A stretch of DNA of 64,000 nt, from NCBI GenBank assembly GCA_907165135.1, contig OU015570.1:620001-684000 (forward strand), in the 5' to 3' direction. Under the pieces are notes generated by a model. The model was not told where the DNA came from, searched no databases, and worked only from the letters and a program-made list of their open reading frames with translations. The first letter of the stretch is position 1. Each line of letters starts with the position of its first letter. A program made the translations under genes and the position numbers. Origin of the DNA: Oikopleura dioica (Eukaryota > Animalia > Chordata). This document shows positions 23,840 to 36,600 of the stretch, piece after piece.

Positions 23840-25402
23840 TTAAAATTAAAAATGAAGGAACGGGGCTGAAACGGCCCGAAGGGCCGTCAAGCCCCTTAAA
23901 ATTAAAAATGAAAGAACGGGGCTGAAAATTTGTCGAAAATTTTTGTCTTCCAGAGGCACTCTTCCACCAGAAAAATCCTCCGGAGGACAAAAAATGACTT
24001 ACGCTGGATCACATGATCAGTGCTGATCATTTTATTGGGTAAAACGGTTTAAAAAAATGCCATCGTCGGGATTGGAACACCCCTCTTGGCAAAAAATGAA
24101 GGATTTTGACAGAAAATTGGCTCTAGACTTTTTCCCTCACGAGACCACATGATCATATGACTACCACTTGAAAGCGCTTGATCTACTCCTTTATATGCTG
24201 GAAAATCTCGAGGTAACCTTTCTGCACTTTTTTTCTAGAGACAAAAGTATGTTGAATCAACTCTTGTCACATGATTTTAGGGGCGATCATGTGCTTTTTT
24301 GGGTTTCTCGTAATGAAATATCATTTTACCTAAAATTTTTTTGTCTAGAAATAGAAATATTCTGATGTGCTGGATATATGGCCGGGCGGCGTTGCCTTAT
24401 GCTACTTTGGTTGTTCAAGCCTAATCATAGTCGAACACAGTTTAGTTTACAGTTGATTGTATTTTTGTTGAGTGCATCAAAGGGTGGAGTGTATCAAAAG
24501 GAGTCTCTTTTCGAGTGTCTCAGTTTCAGAGTGTCAAAAGTCAGAGTGTCAAGAATCAGAGTGTCGAGTTGTGTCGAAGATTCGCGGAGAGGATTGTTTA
24601 CGATATTTGCTCGTGTGCGCCGATGCGCCGGCGTTAGTCCATATTCAGCATTTCCGACAATCTCTATCCTGCCCCGGAAGTTCCCCCTTATTGATTTTTG
24701 ATGATTAAATGCCGCGGTTATCGTTTTTTTTTCTTTCGATGACTTGATAAGATTTTCGCTTGTTGGCTTTTGATGTTAATTACATCTTGTAATGGTTGGT
24801 CATATTGATTTCTTTTGATGTTTTGATTCCCATCCTCAAGAAGATTTTTTTTTGATGATTAAAGACAGTGAAAGCAGAAATAATAAAAGTTATGAAAAGA
24901 ACAGTAAGCTAATTTTCGAAAAAATTTTTTAACAGATAATAATTGCCTATCGAGATAAACAGAAAAGTATGGATTTGATAAAACAAGAAAAAGTTGGTCC
25001 GTTGAATTGCAAAAATTTAAATAAAAAGTTGAATTAAGTTTTTTTTCTCTCTTGTTTTTTTCTTTTCAAGAAATGAAGAATAATTGATGAAAAATAAGCA
25101 GAGTTATAAAATAATTTATGCATAAAATAATAAACGAATATGGTTTCAAAAACATTTACTGTATATGTTTTTCATATCTGCATCCGTCGAGCTTTTATGA
25201 CTTTCGATCACTTCGTATATCAATGTAGAGAGCTTTTTCAGGGTTCAGACGACACTTTGGATGATCGCAGAGGCTAAAATTCGTGGTGATTTCGACGCCA
25301 TTTTCGATATAGGATATGCGGTTTAGGTCGTTCTCTCGCTCATTGTCATGTCTGATTTTTGTTCTAGAGAATATTCATGAACTTGGGAATTGAACAATAG
25401 AA

Positions 25403-25500
25403 GTCTTAAACTAGCCAATCTGAGTCTTAAACTAGCCGTTCTGAGTCGAAAATTAACCTTTCTGAGTCTAAAACTAGCCCTTCTTAGTCTTAAACTAGCT
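25403..25500. repeat. 21-bp tandem repeat, ~5 units
   Basis: ctgagtcttaaactagcc-like units. Confidence 0.7.
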
Positions 25501-26821
25501 GGACATTCTCTTGAATCTCGGCTGCCGGAGAAATAAGCGGCCCGACTCTCGGAGAAAGAAGTGGCCCATCATTAACAAAGTTTGTAATATCTCTGAGCAC
25601 ATTTTCCTCCTGATCAGGATCACTTGACTCCATTCTCTAGCATTTGAGCGACTTTGACAAAAATTACTTTCGGTATACTGGGGAAAATCCTTTCAAACGC
25701 CGTTATTCGCTGAAAAAGCGTTTTTTTTTATTATCCTTCCTCATCTCATTTTTTCAAAGAAAAAAAATGATTCTTGACCCGAGATTGAAATTTTGCCGCA
25801 AGTGGAATCCGAAGGGCGGCGGCCACCTTTGCCACCAGCGCGTGGATTCCAGAAATGCGTGGTGGCTAAGCGCGGAGTATGAATCAACCCTGGCCGCCGC
25901 CTAGCCGCCAATTTTTCGAGACCCTTAATGAAATTGATTGGGAATTTCAATTTGTAATTAAAATTCTCAAGTTAGAAATTTTTGTCCAAAAATCATTACA
26001 AAATATTGATTCATAATTAAAGCTTGAAAAAAAACAGTCTCATTTGCAAGGACCGGTACATTCTAAAATTTATATCATCGAATTTTTTAAAAATTGATTA
26101 ATTTTTATTTTCTTTTTTTTTACTTTTTTTGGCTGAACCAATAAGATCAATTGTTATGTTTTTCTCAGAAACTAAAAATATGCAGCCCTCCTTGGCTCAA
26201 ACGAATAAGGTCAATTCTCTTGTTGACAAAATTTTTCTTTTTGATGGCCCATTTTGGCTCAAACTGCTCCAAAAAATTCCATGTTGATAACATCTTTTCA
26301 CTTTTTTCCAGCCCTTCCTTGGCTTCTTATAATAAACGCGAACTCTAACTTTGTTGCGTGAATAAAACTTTGTATTTTTCTCATCTTCAACCTCGTCGAC
26401 ATAAATTATTTCCCTTTTTTCTTCTTTTTTTCTACAAAATCCTAAGCCGGCATTGAAAAAATTAAACATGGGTCGAGGTTTAAATCAATTATTCAGCTCG
26501 TCATCTTGTCCATAAAAAAAATTTTTTTATTTTTTTTTAAATAGTCATTACTTTGGGCCCGGTATGTTCTATTATTATGAAGAATATAATAATATATAAT
26601 TATATAATATAATATATATAATTTTTTTCCAAATTCCCTTATTTGTCATTGATAGTTCCAACTCATATTTTTCTTTTTTTATTAAATTATTATTGTAATA
26701 CCTTTATTTTTACTAAGAATCAATAATTTTCTGATTGCTTTCTTTAACTCTATTTTTTATTCACTTTATTCTTTTCAAAATTAAAATACAAAATTGAATC
26801 CACCAGTGCCTCCCTTTTAAA

Positions 26822-28850
26822 CTATTCGTTTGTATAAAAGTCATTTTGGTCATTTTCATTTTCTTCTTCTCGATTCGGCAGGTCTGGACAAAACCTAATA
26901 TGATGGAATCGGCTACCAGAATAGAGGCATCGTTTTATAGCATAACCAGGTTGTAGGCGGTCACCTGGGTTTACAATCCCAGGTTCTCAAAAGTACCTAA
27001 CCTGGGTTTTCTAGTCCCAGGTTGCAAAATTCGAGAACCTGGGTTTTGAAAATCCCAGGTCAGCCACTCCTAAGAACCTGGGTTTGGCAAACCCAGGTCA
27101 CCGCATTTTATCAGGAAATTGAACCTGGGTTTTTTCTTGCTCGGCCAGGAAAGTTTCTAGTGCTTTTCGAGGTAATCATGCTTGTTTTGAATAAGATTCA
27201 ATGCCGTATCTGGTGAAAATAATTCGTTGGAACGAATAATTCTTCATATACCGAATCAAAGTCCTATAAAATCAGAATCTATATGCGCTCCGCGCCTGAT
27301 TTGATAGAGAAACTCATTTTTGAGGATGTTATCCTTCTACCCAACCGCGCAGACAGTCAGGAAAAAAACATTTTTACCTTCAATAAACCTTACTAACCTT
27401 AGCCTATCCGATCTCAGGCAGAGTTGCAAATTTTGCTTTATTTTCGCTGAGCTGAGCTGAGTGAGAAATTCTCTGAGCTGAAACTGTTAGAACAGATGTC
27501 ATTTTGCGAGGTGCCCCCTAACCCTAACCATGAAATTCAGCCAATCATGAATTTGCCCAGCCTAACAGTCATCATTATTGTGCATATTGTTTATGTTAAA
27601 ATTTCTAGACAAGGTAGAAATTGTTTTGGATCGAGCAAAAAAAAACCCAGGTTCAATCTTCTGATAAAATGCGGTGACCTGGGTTTGCCAAACCCAGGTT
27701 CTCAGAAGTGGCCTACCTGGGATTTTCTAAACCCAGGTTACAGAATTCGATGACCTGGGACTGGTAAACCCAGGTTAGACATTTTGAGAACCTGGGTTTG
27801 TAAACCCAGGTGACCGCATACCACCCATAACCAGAGGGTTCTTGCTCGAGAGTGTTGTTAATATTATGTAGAGTATCCGGATTGTTTTCTGACTCTAGGA
27901 GCGGCTGAATATTAAAGTCCGCTCTTTGATCTTGCCCGTAATTAAAGTTATTATCTGGGGCCGTCTGATGTTGATTCCGGTGACCTTTCAGAGTAAGATG
28001 ATCGACTTGACCTTCAAAGCTATTAAAGCTGTTAATATTATAGCCTCAAGAATGCCATTGATCTTGGTCGTTGTCATAAAATTCATGGCTCTCGCCATCA
28101 AATTCCCCGGTTTCTATGTTGTTCAAGTCTGTTAACCTTCTTTGGCCCACAAAGCCTTCTGTGAACTCAATTAGCTCCGTTCCCACATAATTCATTGATA
28201 ATATTTGAAACCAACCGTTATCTTTCACCACCTTCTTCCGGAAATGAAGCTCACAAAATTTGGTTCCCCGTCCCCTCTAAAAATTTTTGACGCGCGTATT
28301 TTCCGCAAAAGTCGTCGACCGTTTCTTTATCCGGATTAATTTCGATAAGCTCCATTTCCCTCATAATTTGCTAATCGTTTTTGCTCGTTATTTTTTCAAG
28401 AACGTCCATAAACCGTTTTATTGTCAACACTATCCCATTTCTATTTATTTCTTGCAGCTTGGCGGAAATTTCATCTGCAACGAATTTTGCTTCGATTCTC
28501 CTTATTAAATACCCGATAAGCATTTCATAAGGTAAGGTTCTTTTCGAGAACTGCAATTTTAAACTAAAAATTTGATTTTCAGCCCATATAAGCAGCCCAT
28601 CAGTGTCATCTTTTTCCGTAAATTTTCTGATTTGGCCCATTCTTCTTTTTCCAAATTATTAACTAAAACCACTTTTTCGTGAACATATTTATTTCTACGA
28701 AATCCAGAACCATGTGTTTTACCTTATATTTCTGATGTATCGGAATCAGAGTTTTCCTCAGACTCGCTAAGGATATAAATATTATTCGAAATATCGACTG
28801 GCGGCTCTTTTTCGGTTCTTGAGCTTTCAGCTACAGTGATAACCCATTTT
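26822..28850 (-). pseudogene. gag: Retrotransposon gag-like fossil interrupted by a MITE
   Basis: FTEKDDTDGLLIWAE...ELIEINPDKETVDDFCGK. Removing the MITE at 26949-27825 restores the frame to AIKRCLYSGSRFHHIRFCP, a degenerate CCHC knuckle. Several stops and frameshifts. Confidence 0.6.
26949..27825. mobile_element. GG-terminal MITE with 8-bp TSD (Merlin- or MULE-like)
   Basis: TSD CATAACCA at 26941-26948 and 27826-27833; ~180-bp imperfect TIRs built from aacctgggtt/aacccaggtt palindromes. Confidence 0.85.
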
Positions 28851-30370
28851 AAGGCCGGCCCTTTTAAGGCCACTTTTTCGGAAAATCCTCAAAATCTGTC
28901 ATCCTCAAAAAATCCATTTTCTTTCAATTTCTATTCAATATCTGAAAGATGCAGTGTCACTTGAAAAAACTTATATTATTCGACTGCGGGATGTTTTGTG
29001 TTTAATCAAGAATTGGTAAAAAATGATACTTTTATTTCTCTTTTTCGGTACTCTTTGATGATTTTTTCTCTTCAAATTTTCACTTAGCTTTGAGTCCAAG
29101 AACTCCAATCTATCATTAAATAGGCGTGTATATACACGCAGACGAATTAACAGACCATTTTTCTATCGAAAAAGCTCAGTAATTGTCTTCTTCACGTCTT
29201 TATTCTTTGAGGTCTTCACAAGAATCTCTTCATATCTTTTGAAAACTTTAAAGTAAAACATAGCACTCATTCTCACTCACTCACGTAAAATTTCAAGGCA
29301 ACTGCTCGCGCTCACTCACTCACCCTCTTCCTGCGCTCACGGCCTATTTTTGGAAAAAATAACGTCCGCGACCAAGCATTTCCAGATTTGCGAAATCTCT
29401 TTTCTTTCGAGACTTTTTTTCTTTTAAATTTCTAGATTTTTAAGCACAACTAAATGAAAAATTCCTTTCCTGTTAACACTTTCGCGAGAACAGGAAATGG
29501 ATAAAAGAAAACTTCTGGGTTACCAAGTTAGTATAAATTTTCGAGTAGAAATTTGAAATTTTAGAAATTAAAAAACTTGATTTGAATCAAAATTTTTCAG
29601 ATTTATTTTATTCTGAGTCGACTGGTCTACTTCCGGCTCTATAATTTTTTGGAATGACGTAATTATGAGTCATTTTCCTCAAGAAACTTTGACGCCGATT
29701 TTGAAGGGGTTTTTGATTGATTTTCTCAGCGTTCTTGGGCTCAAGAATCGTCATCAAAAACTGAGGGAGCTTCGTGCGGATTTTGAAAAATTCCAAGAGA
29801 AAAACCTTCAAACCGACCGGTCGAAAAATGTTCAAAATTTTTTCTTGAGTTTTTCAAAACCCTTAAACCCCCTCAATTTTCGAAGACGATTCTTTTGAGC
29901 TATAGAATGGCGAATAAGTCTAACAGAAACCCCTTAAAAGTTCCCCAAAAGTTAACCAAAAATGCCCTTATTTCGACTTTACCACGCTATTTTTCGGGTC
30001 ATAAAAACAAAATTTTTGGGTCAAATCTAGCCAATTCGACTCAGAATTTTCTGCTCTTTCTTCTGAGCACGAAATATTTATAAAAATTTGCTTCAAGTGA
30101 AGTTTTTTAATTTCACTTATAGTCTTATAAGGTGACCAAAATAGTTTTTTATCCTTTTAAAGTGCCCATTATTATATTTTGAATATAATAAATACAAGTG
30201 GTGATGAATTTTGATAAGAGTCAAAATGTTAAAAAATTTAGTAAAAAGTTGAAACGAGTCCAAGCTATATTGCAAAAGCTTGTTTCAATTCCTGGTTGCG
30301 AATCAAGAAGTTTTCAGTTAAAATATTTTAATCCTTCTAGTTAAAAAGACCGTGCAAAAATTCATTTTTC

Positions 30371-31112
30371 ATGGCAAGAACTATCCGCATAAAGCAATTT
30401 CGTCCAAACAAAGTCGGTAATAGATACACATGGTGCCCAAAGGGTTCAGTGTTGGATCCTCCGGACCATGGGCAGAAATATAATGGGGGGGTCAATTATG
30501 GTCGCAGAGATTGTCGCATACAACTATCAGGGGCCTTTATTTTTCTTAAAAGAGGAACCCACTGGTGCGCAGAAAGCATTGCAGACATGGAAGCTTACCG
30601 CAGATGGATATATGGGAAGGGTTCTACCATTTTGGTTTGCAGATCTAAGGGATAAGGGGTATATAATAAATAATAAATTGAAAGCAGGCTACAAATTTCA
30701 GCAGGATGGAGCGCCTTTGCACACAGCAGGAAAAATGATGGATTTTCTCGACCAGCAGATTGGTCTTGAAAATCTCATCTCGGGGTCAAAGAGCAAAAAG
30801 CATGCAGAAAAAGTAGCACATGCATGGACACCGAACAGTCCGGACATAACAGTCCTGGACTTTTCGATTTGGGCTCTCTTCAAAAGAAGACCATTGGATT
30901 TATTGTTCCAAAGTGACAATATGCAGTATTTCAGGGATGGTCACCATTGCAAAAAAATTTTGCAATTGACATGGGATACAAAAATGCATGCGCATGAAAT
31001 TAATTCCATGATTGATGGAATGCCGGGCAGAGTTGAACGCATGTATCAGGCAAAAGGAGGCAGGACAGAAGGATATGTTCGGTTTAATAGGGGGGCCTGT
31101 CAGGGGGAATAA
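30371..31112 (+). pseudogene. Tc1/mariner-superfamily DDD transposase (C-terminal catalytic part)
   Basis: GSIMV...GPLFF...FQQDGAPLH...WTPNSPDITVLDFSIW...GGRT. A one-base frameshift in a G7 run near 30485 joins the two track ORFs. First catalytic Asp and TIRs not identified. Confidence 0.85.
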
Positions 31113-31966
31113 AGAGAATCTGGATTTTTTGGTCCATTTTTTAAATAAAAAAAGTTTCGCGTTTTGCCGCGGACTTCTTTTTCCCTCGTGGTTTTTGAGA
31201 GCAGCTTAGGATTAGAAAAAACACCATTGGTCTATTTCTTTTTAAATAAAAAAGGTTGCGCGTTCTGCCGCGACTTTTTCTCCCCTTGTGGTTTTTTAGA
31301 GCAGTTTTTTTTATTATTTTTGTCCCATCCTGATACTCTTCTTTTTTTCTTGCTCTTTATTCGCAACCTCGAATTTTCTTTTTAATTGTTATAAAATTTG
31401 TGAAATAGTTTTAGCGCAGGTACGGCTATTCTGCCTTAAAACAATTATTTCTGGAGCATTCAATTTTTATGTTCCAGACAGCCTCCGCCGTACCGGGCTG
31501 CAGCACGAAGTGGGAATGGGTCAACGGGTTCATATAACCATTGTTGATCGTTTCTCCTCTTCATTCTTTCCGCGGCCGGACAATCGACGATATCTCTAAC
31601 GATAATCCACGTTATGAATCCGAGAAAAAACTTGTAGCTTTGTTTAATGATTCTTGTCTGAAATTTGAGGTTCATATCTTATGTAGAACGTCTGTAATTG
31701 GGCCTTCGAAAGCCTAACAAAAGGGTTGAGACTACAATATGGAAAAAGAAATTATGAAAAAATGCTTAGTCTAAGTATCTTTACCTGTTCCAAAAAATTG
31801 TCAAAAGCCATGTTGACACCCTTAAGATGAGAAAATTTTTAAAAGATATTGATTTTGAAGTTTTTATTATATGAAACATCGTAATAAACAGAAAATAATT
31901 TGAAAATTATCAATAATTTGTTTTTATTTAAAGATTGAAAAATGAAGGATTTGAAACTGAATCAAA

Positions 31967-32732
31967 TTAAGCAGAAAGCTGGTACATGGAATCGCTGAAG
32001 AATCTAATGGAGTCATCGAAGCTAAAATGGACGTTGTCGACCGTCTCGGGCTGATTCTGGTAATCAAGAACCGAGATTCGGGACTCGTTGTAAAGCTCTA
32101 AAATGAATAACTGTTATTAAAAAGAAAAAAAATACCGCTTGGAGAAGGTGATATCGGCCTTCTTCGAATTTCGGGCCTAAATTTGGATTCATTGGTGGGG
32201 GAATCCAGTAAATTCGGCATCCATTCCCATAGAAATTTCTTTGAAGGGATTCTTTCATATAAAAAACAGCTCTAAAAACTCATTACTCGAAATTACTCGG
32301 CTGGACGCGTAAGCATTTTTTTTAAAATTCATTTTTTATAATTCCTTAGCGATATGCCGAAACGATCTTTCGAATTTTCTCTTTGAAATCCGGTTGCTCC
32401 GCATGTGGAGTTGTTATGCTCCATTTAAAAAGATCAAGCATATTAATTATTATATAAATAACTAATTTACGATTATATGATATAATTTATATCCCAAGCA
32501 TATGACAATCTGCCCTTCGTATTTTGGTCTATGGCTTTTTTGGCAAAAGCCGCATTTCGAGTTCGTCTGATCTCCGTAAATTTTTCCTGTGCTGATGAGG
32601 GCACAGTTCTCATCGATTGTCGACCCAGAATATGACACTACAACGGTGTCATCTAGTATGACGTCCCGCTCAGAAAAGGCGCGGACCATACTATCCCCGA
32701 TGAGGACATAGTCAACGCCTTTTCCGCAATAT
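31967..32732 (-). pseudogene. Spliced SGNH/GDSL hydrolase gene or remnant
   Basis: Across short introns: VLIGDSMVR (32690-32698 for GDS), VSYSGST, IVICLG(H)NN, IYWIPPP, TVDNVHF (32027-32038), stop at 31967. A 40-bp GT-AG intron is clear before the last exon; the middle junctions are ambiguous. Confidence 0.65.
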
Positions 32733-33689
32733 CTTTTAAGTTTGAAAAAAAATGTATTTTCATTTTTTTATAATCATAAGATTATACAAAATAATTGTTT
32801 GAATTTTGTTCCCGAATCGCAGTGATTTTTGAAAATGATCTGATCTTCTTAGCTTAGCTCAGCTCAGACAATTATCACTCAGCTTGATGCGTCTGTAGAA
32901 ATGAAAAGAGAAAATTGAACCTTCTGATTGGTTTTATTGTGAAATTGAATAATTTTGTCTTGGCAGAGTCGCTTATAAAGGGTCAGAACTGTGTCAAGCG
33001 TAAAATCAGCTGGGTAAAGTGATATGACTAGACAAGACTGGAACAAAAATTTAAAGTCGATCGAGGTTTTATTGAATTTGAATGTTTTTGGCAGGGCGGA
33101 AATCGCTTATAAAGGGAGTCAGAGTCAGTCAGGTGTTTCAGAGTTGGGAAATAAATCAGTTGTTTATGATTGCAATCGTCGATTCGTCACGTCGATAACT
33201 GTAATCGGGTCAGCGCACATTAAAATAGGGCAGAATAAAGGGTTCTGTACAAGTCAGATCAAAATAAGTAAGAAATATGTAAAAATTACTAAAATTTTAC
33301 AGAAGTCGAAATAACTTATGTCAGTGGCGAGTGAAGGATAAATATGTAAAATATTACTTAAATTTTACAAAAGTCAAAGTTACGTATGTCCGTGGCGAGT
33401 GAGTAACAAATATGTAAAATATTACTAAAATTTTACAAATATCTCTATGAGTGTCTAAGTGGCGCAGAAGTAAGATATTTGTAAAAAATTACTAAAATTT
33501 TACAAAAGTCGAGATAACTAATATCCGTGGCGAATGAGTTACAAATATGTAAAATATTACTAAAATTTTACAAAGTTTTCACATGGTGGCTGGCTTGAAA
33601 AGATTTTATTTTGTCGGCTTGTCCAGTCGTGTCACCGGTGACTTGGCGGCGGGTTCTTTAGATGGAAGATTCGGAGCGGCTTGACTTAT

Positions 33690-36600
33690 TCAAACGAAGT
33701 GAGCGGGGTCGATTATGAGGTTTCCACTTGACGTTGTTTTGAGGAACGGGTACTTTTCTCTTGCTTTCGCTGTGATTTCTTCTGTAAGTTCGGCTTTCGA
33801 TTTGCCCTCGGTCTCTATATTGAGGCCCATATGCTTCGCAAGGACGCCCATCTCGACAATCGTGAAGGCACTCAGGTACGTTTTTTTTTCAAGCATCAAG
33901 GCGTTGTGTTTTATAAGATAAAACCCTTCGCTGTCCTTCTCCCAGTCGGGGTGATTTGACTTTATCCATTCATTAATCTTCTCCAATTTCTTCGCCTTTG
34001 AGTTTTTAAGTGATGCCCATGTTCCAATTTTGATTCCGCATTTGTAATCCCGGATAAATTTCTCCAATGCTCTTTCGTGGAGGTTCGCTAATCTTTGAAC
34101 GACCGGTGAGACGAGTTTACGGGGCGGCTCAGAGGTTGAGACATTGTCGGTTAATTCTGCTACTTCTGTCGAGCCGCTATGAATAGATTCTTTTCCATCC
34201 ATCTTCTCTGGTGATTCGGCGTCGTAGAATATTGTCTCATTGACTGGATCTGGCGTCGTCGGGGCTTGTTGATTGGTTTCAGAAGAGCCTTCTTGAGTCG
34301 ATAAATCTTCATTTACTACTTCGATGGGATCTCGGTTTGAGGAATTTGGGCTGGCTGAGCTTGCTGTGCTGAGTTCTTGTTGACGTGGGCTCGGTTTCGT
34401 CTGGCTACGAGTTTGGATGCAGTATGACGTCCTTTTACGAGTGTCTCGTTTCGTTTTCGTTACTGTCGGGGTTCGGTAGGTCGGTCTTGACTGTCTCGAG
34501 ATCGCGGTCTTTCCACAAAAGGTTTAAGATGTGATATATGTCGGCTTAGTTCCCTGCCCGAGGTCTGATTTTCCAGGATGAAGCTGAGGCCTTGCTTCTT
34601 AACCTTTGTTATCTTCATTGGCCCCGTCCATTTAAAGATTTTCTCGAGCGGGTCTGTGTTTTTGCAAAGAACAAGATCACCTTCTTTGAAATTGTGAATC
34701 GTCTCATCCGATGACCGGCGTTTTTCATGGTTTTCTAATATCTTCTTCTGAATATTCTCGAAACAGACTTCTCTTCGCTCCGGTTCCGGTCGAAAATTGT
34801 CGTTTACGTTCTCTCCTCTGAATCCAGTTTCTATTTCAAACGGCGTTGCTTTTGTGACAGAATGTTTTGCAGAATTCATCTGGTGGATAACATAAGGAAG
34901 ATGTAAGTCCCAGTTGTCCATTTTGCAGGCGAGTTTGAGCCTTGACTTGATTGTTCTATTTCGGTTTTCACACTCCCTGTTGGTCTGAGGGTGATAGGCA
35001 GGAGAAAGGGAGACTTTGAGACCTTTTTCTTCACTCCATTCTTTAACAGCTTTGAATTCGCCCCCGTTATCCATGAGAATTTCTGCTCGTAGAGTTGGGT
35101 TCCTTAGCCATTCTTGTTGAAGAGCTTCCAATACTTCTTCGGGGTTCTTTGTTCGGAGCGCCGTCGCATTAGTTCGTTTGCTGAATAGGTCAGTGCTGAC
35201 GCAGATATACCGCTTGTAATTGTCTGTCAGTGGAAGTGGTCCAACCAGGTCAATCGAATATCGTTGAAAGGGTCTTGTTGGGGGCTTCACATGACCAAGT
35301 GGTGCATTAAGAGGATTATTCACAGGTTTGATTAATTGGCAGCCCAGACATGATCTTATATGTTCCGTTACTGCCTTCTTCATCTCCGGTCGAAAATACT
35401 TCGCTTCTATGCTGTCGAGAGTCTGGCCAATGCCTGGATGACCAGCATTTTCGTGATATTCGCGAAGGATATCTGAAATGAGGCTGGCTGGGGGAATCAC
35501 TTTGTGTCCATTGTCGTTGACGCCGAGGAGGCCATCTTCTCTGATGACAATCTTGTCTCGGAATCGTCGGAACTTCGCAACTTCTTCGGTAGGGAGATTC
35601 GGCCAGCGGTCAATCTGATGGAAATGAAAGATATCCCTGAGGATAGGATCAGCTTGTTGGAGAAATAACAGTTCTCTTGGGTTGACCACATTAATGGAGA
35701 TACTCTGGGCGGTTTCGTTATTCCTTGACAGGCAGTCGGATACTTTCATTTCATTTGACGGCTTCATCACAGTTTGGAAATCGAAGTCGCTTATTTCCGC
35801 GAGCCATTTCGCAATTTTGAGTTTTCTGCTCATTATTCTATGTGCCCAATTCACAATAGAATTATCGGTAAACCAAATAAATGATCTACCAAGAAGGTAA
35901 TGCGACCATTTCTCCATTGCTCTCTTCCCTGCAAGTAGCTCTTTCTCGCAGATATTGTAGTTCTTCTGGGCAGCGTCGAATTTTTGGGAGAGGTACGCTA
36001 CAGGAAAGAATCGATCGTTGTCGGATTCTTGGTAAAGCAAGACTGCTCCAATCCCGGACTCGCTGGCATCAGTTTCAATCGCAAAACGACCCGAGTTTGG
36101 GTTTGGTATTTTCAAGGAGTCAACGTCGTTCCCAATTTCGTTTTTGAGCAAGGTAAGTGCTTCGTCAGCTTCCTTTGTCCATTTGAATCCTTTGCTCATG
36201 GCTTTGTTGATTGGTGCTGCTTTCGATGCAAAATGCGGAATGAAAGCTCGATGGTAGTTGAGAAGTCCAAAGACGCTTGACGCTTCTTTCTTGTTCGTAG
36301 GTCGTGTTAGCTCGCGCACCGCTCGCGTCTTTTCTGGGTTAGGCGACCGGAATCCATTTTCAATGATAGCCCCGCAAAATTTAATTCTCTTCTTGAGGAA
36401 TTCCGTCTTTGCCGCGCGTATTTTCAAGTTGTTCTTTCTCAGAGTCATGAGAACCTTTTCAATAACGTCGAGATTTTCTTCCATCGTCCGAGAATGCAGA
36501 CAAAGATCGTCAAGGTAGATGGCGAGTTGGCTGCTTGGTATGTGTTGGAAGATTTTATCCATCATCATTTGAAACACTGCTGGGGCGTTTTTCCCGCCCA

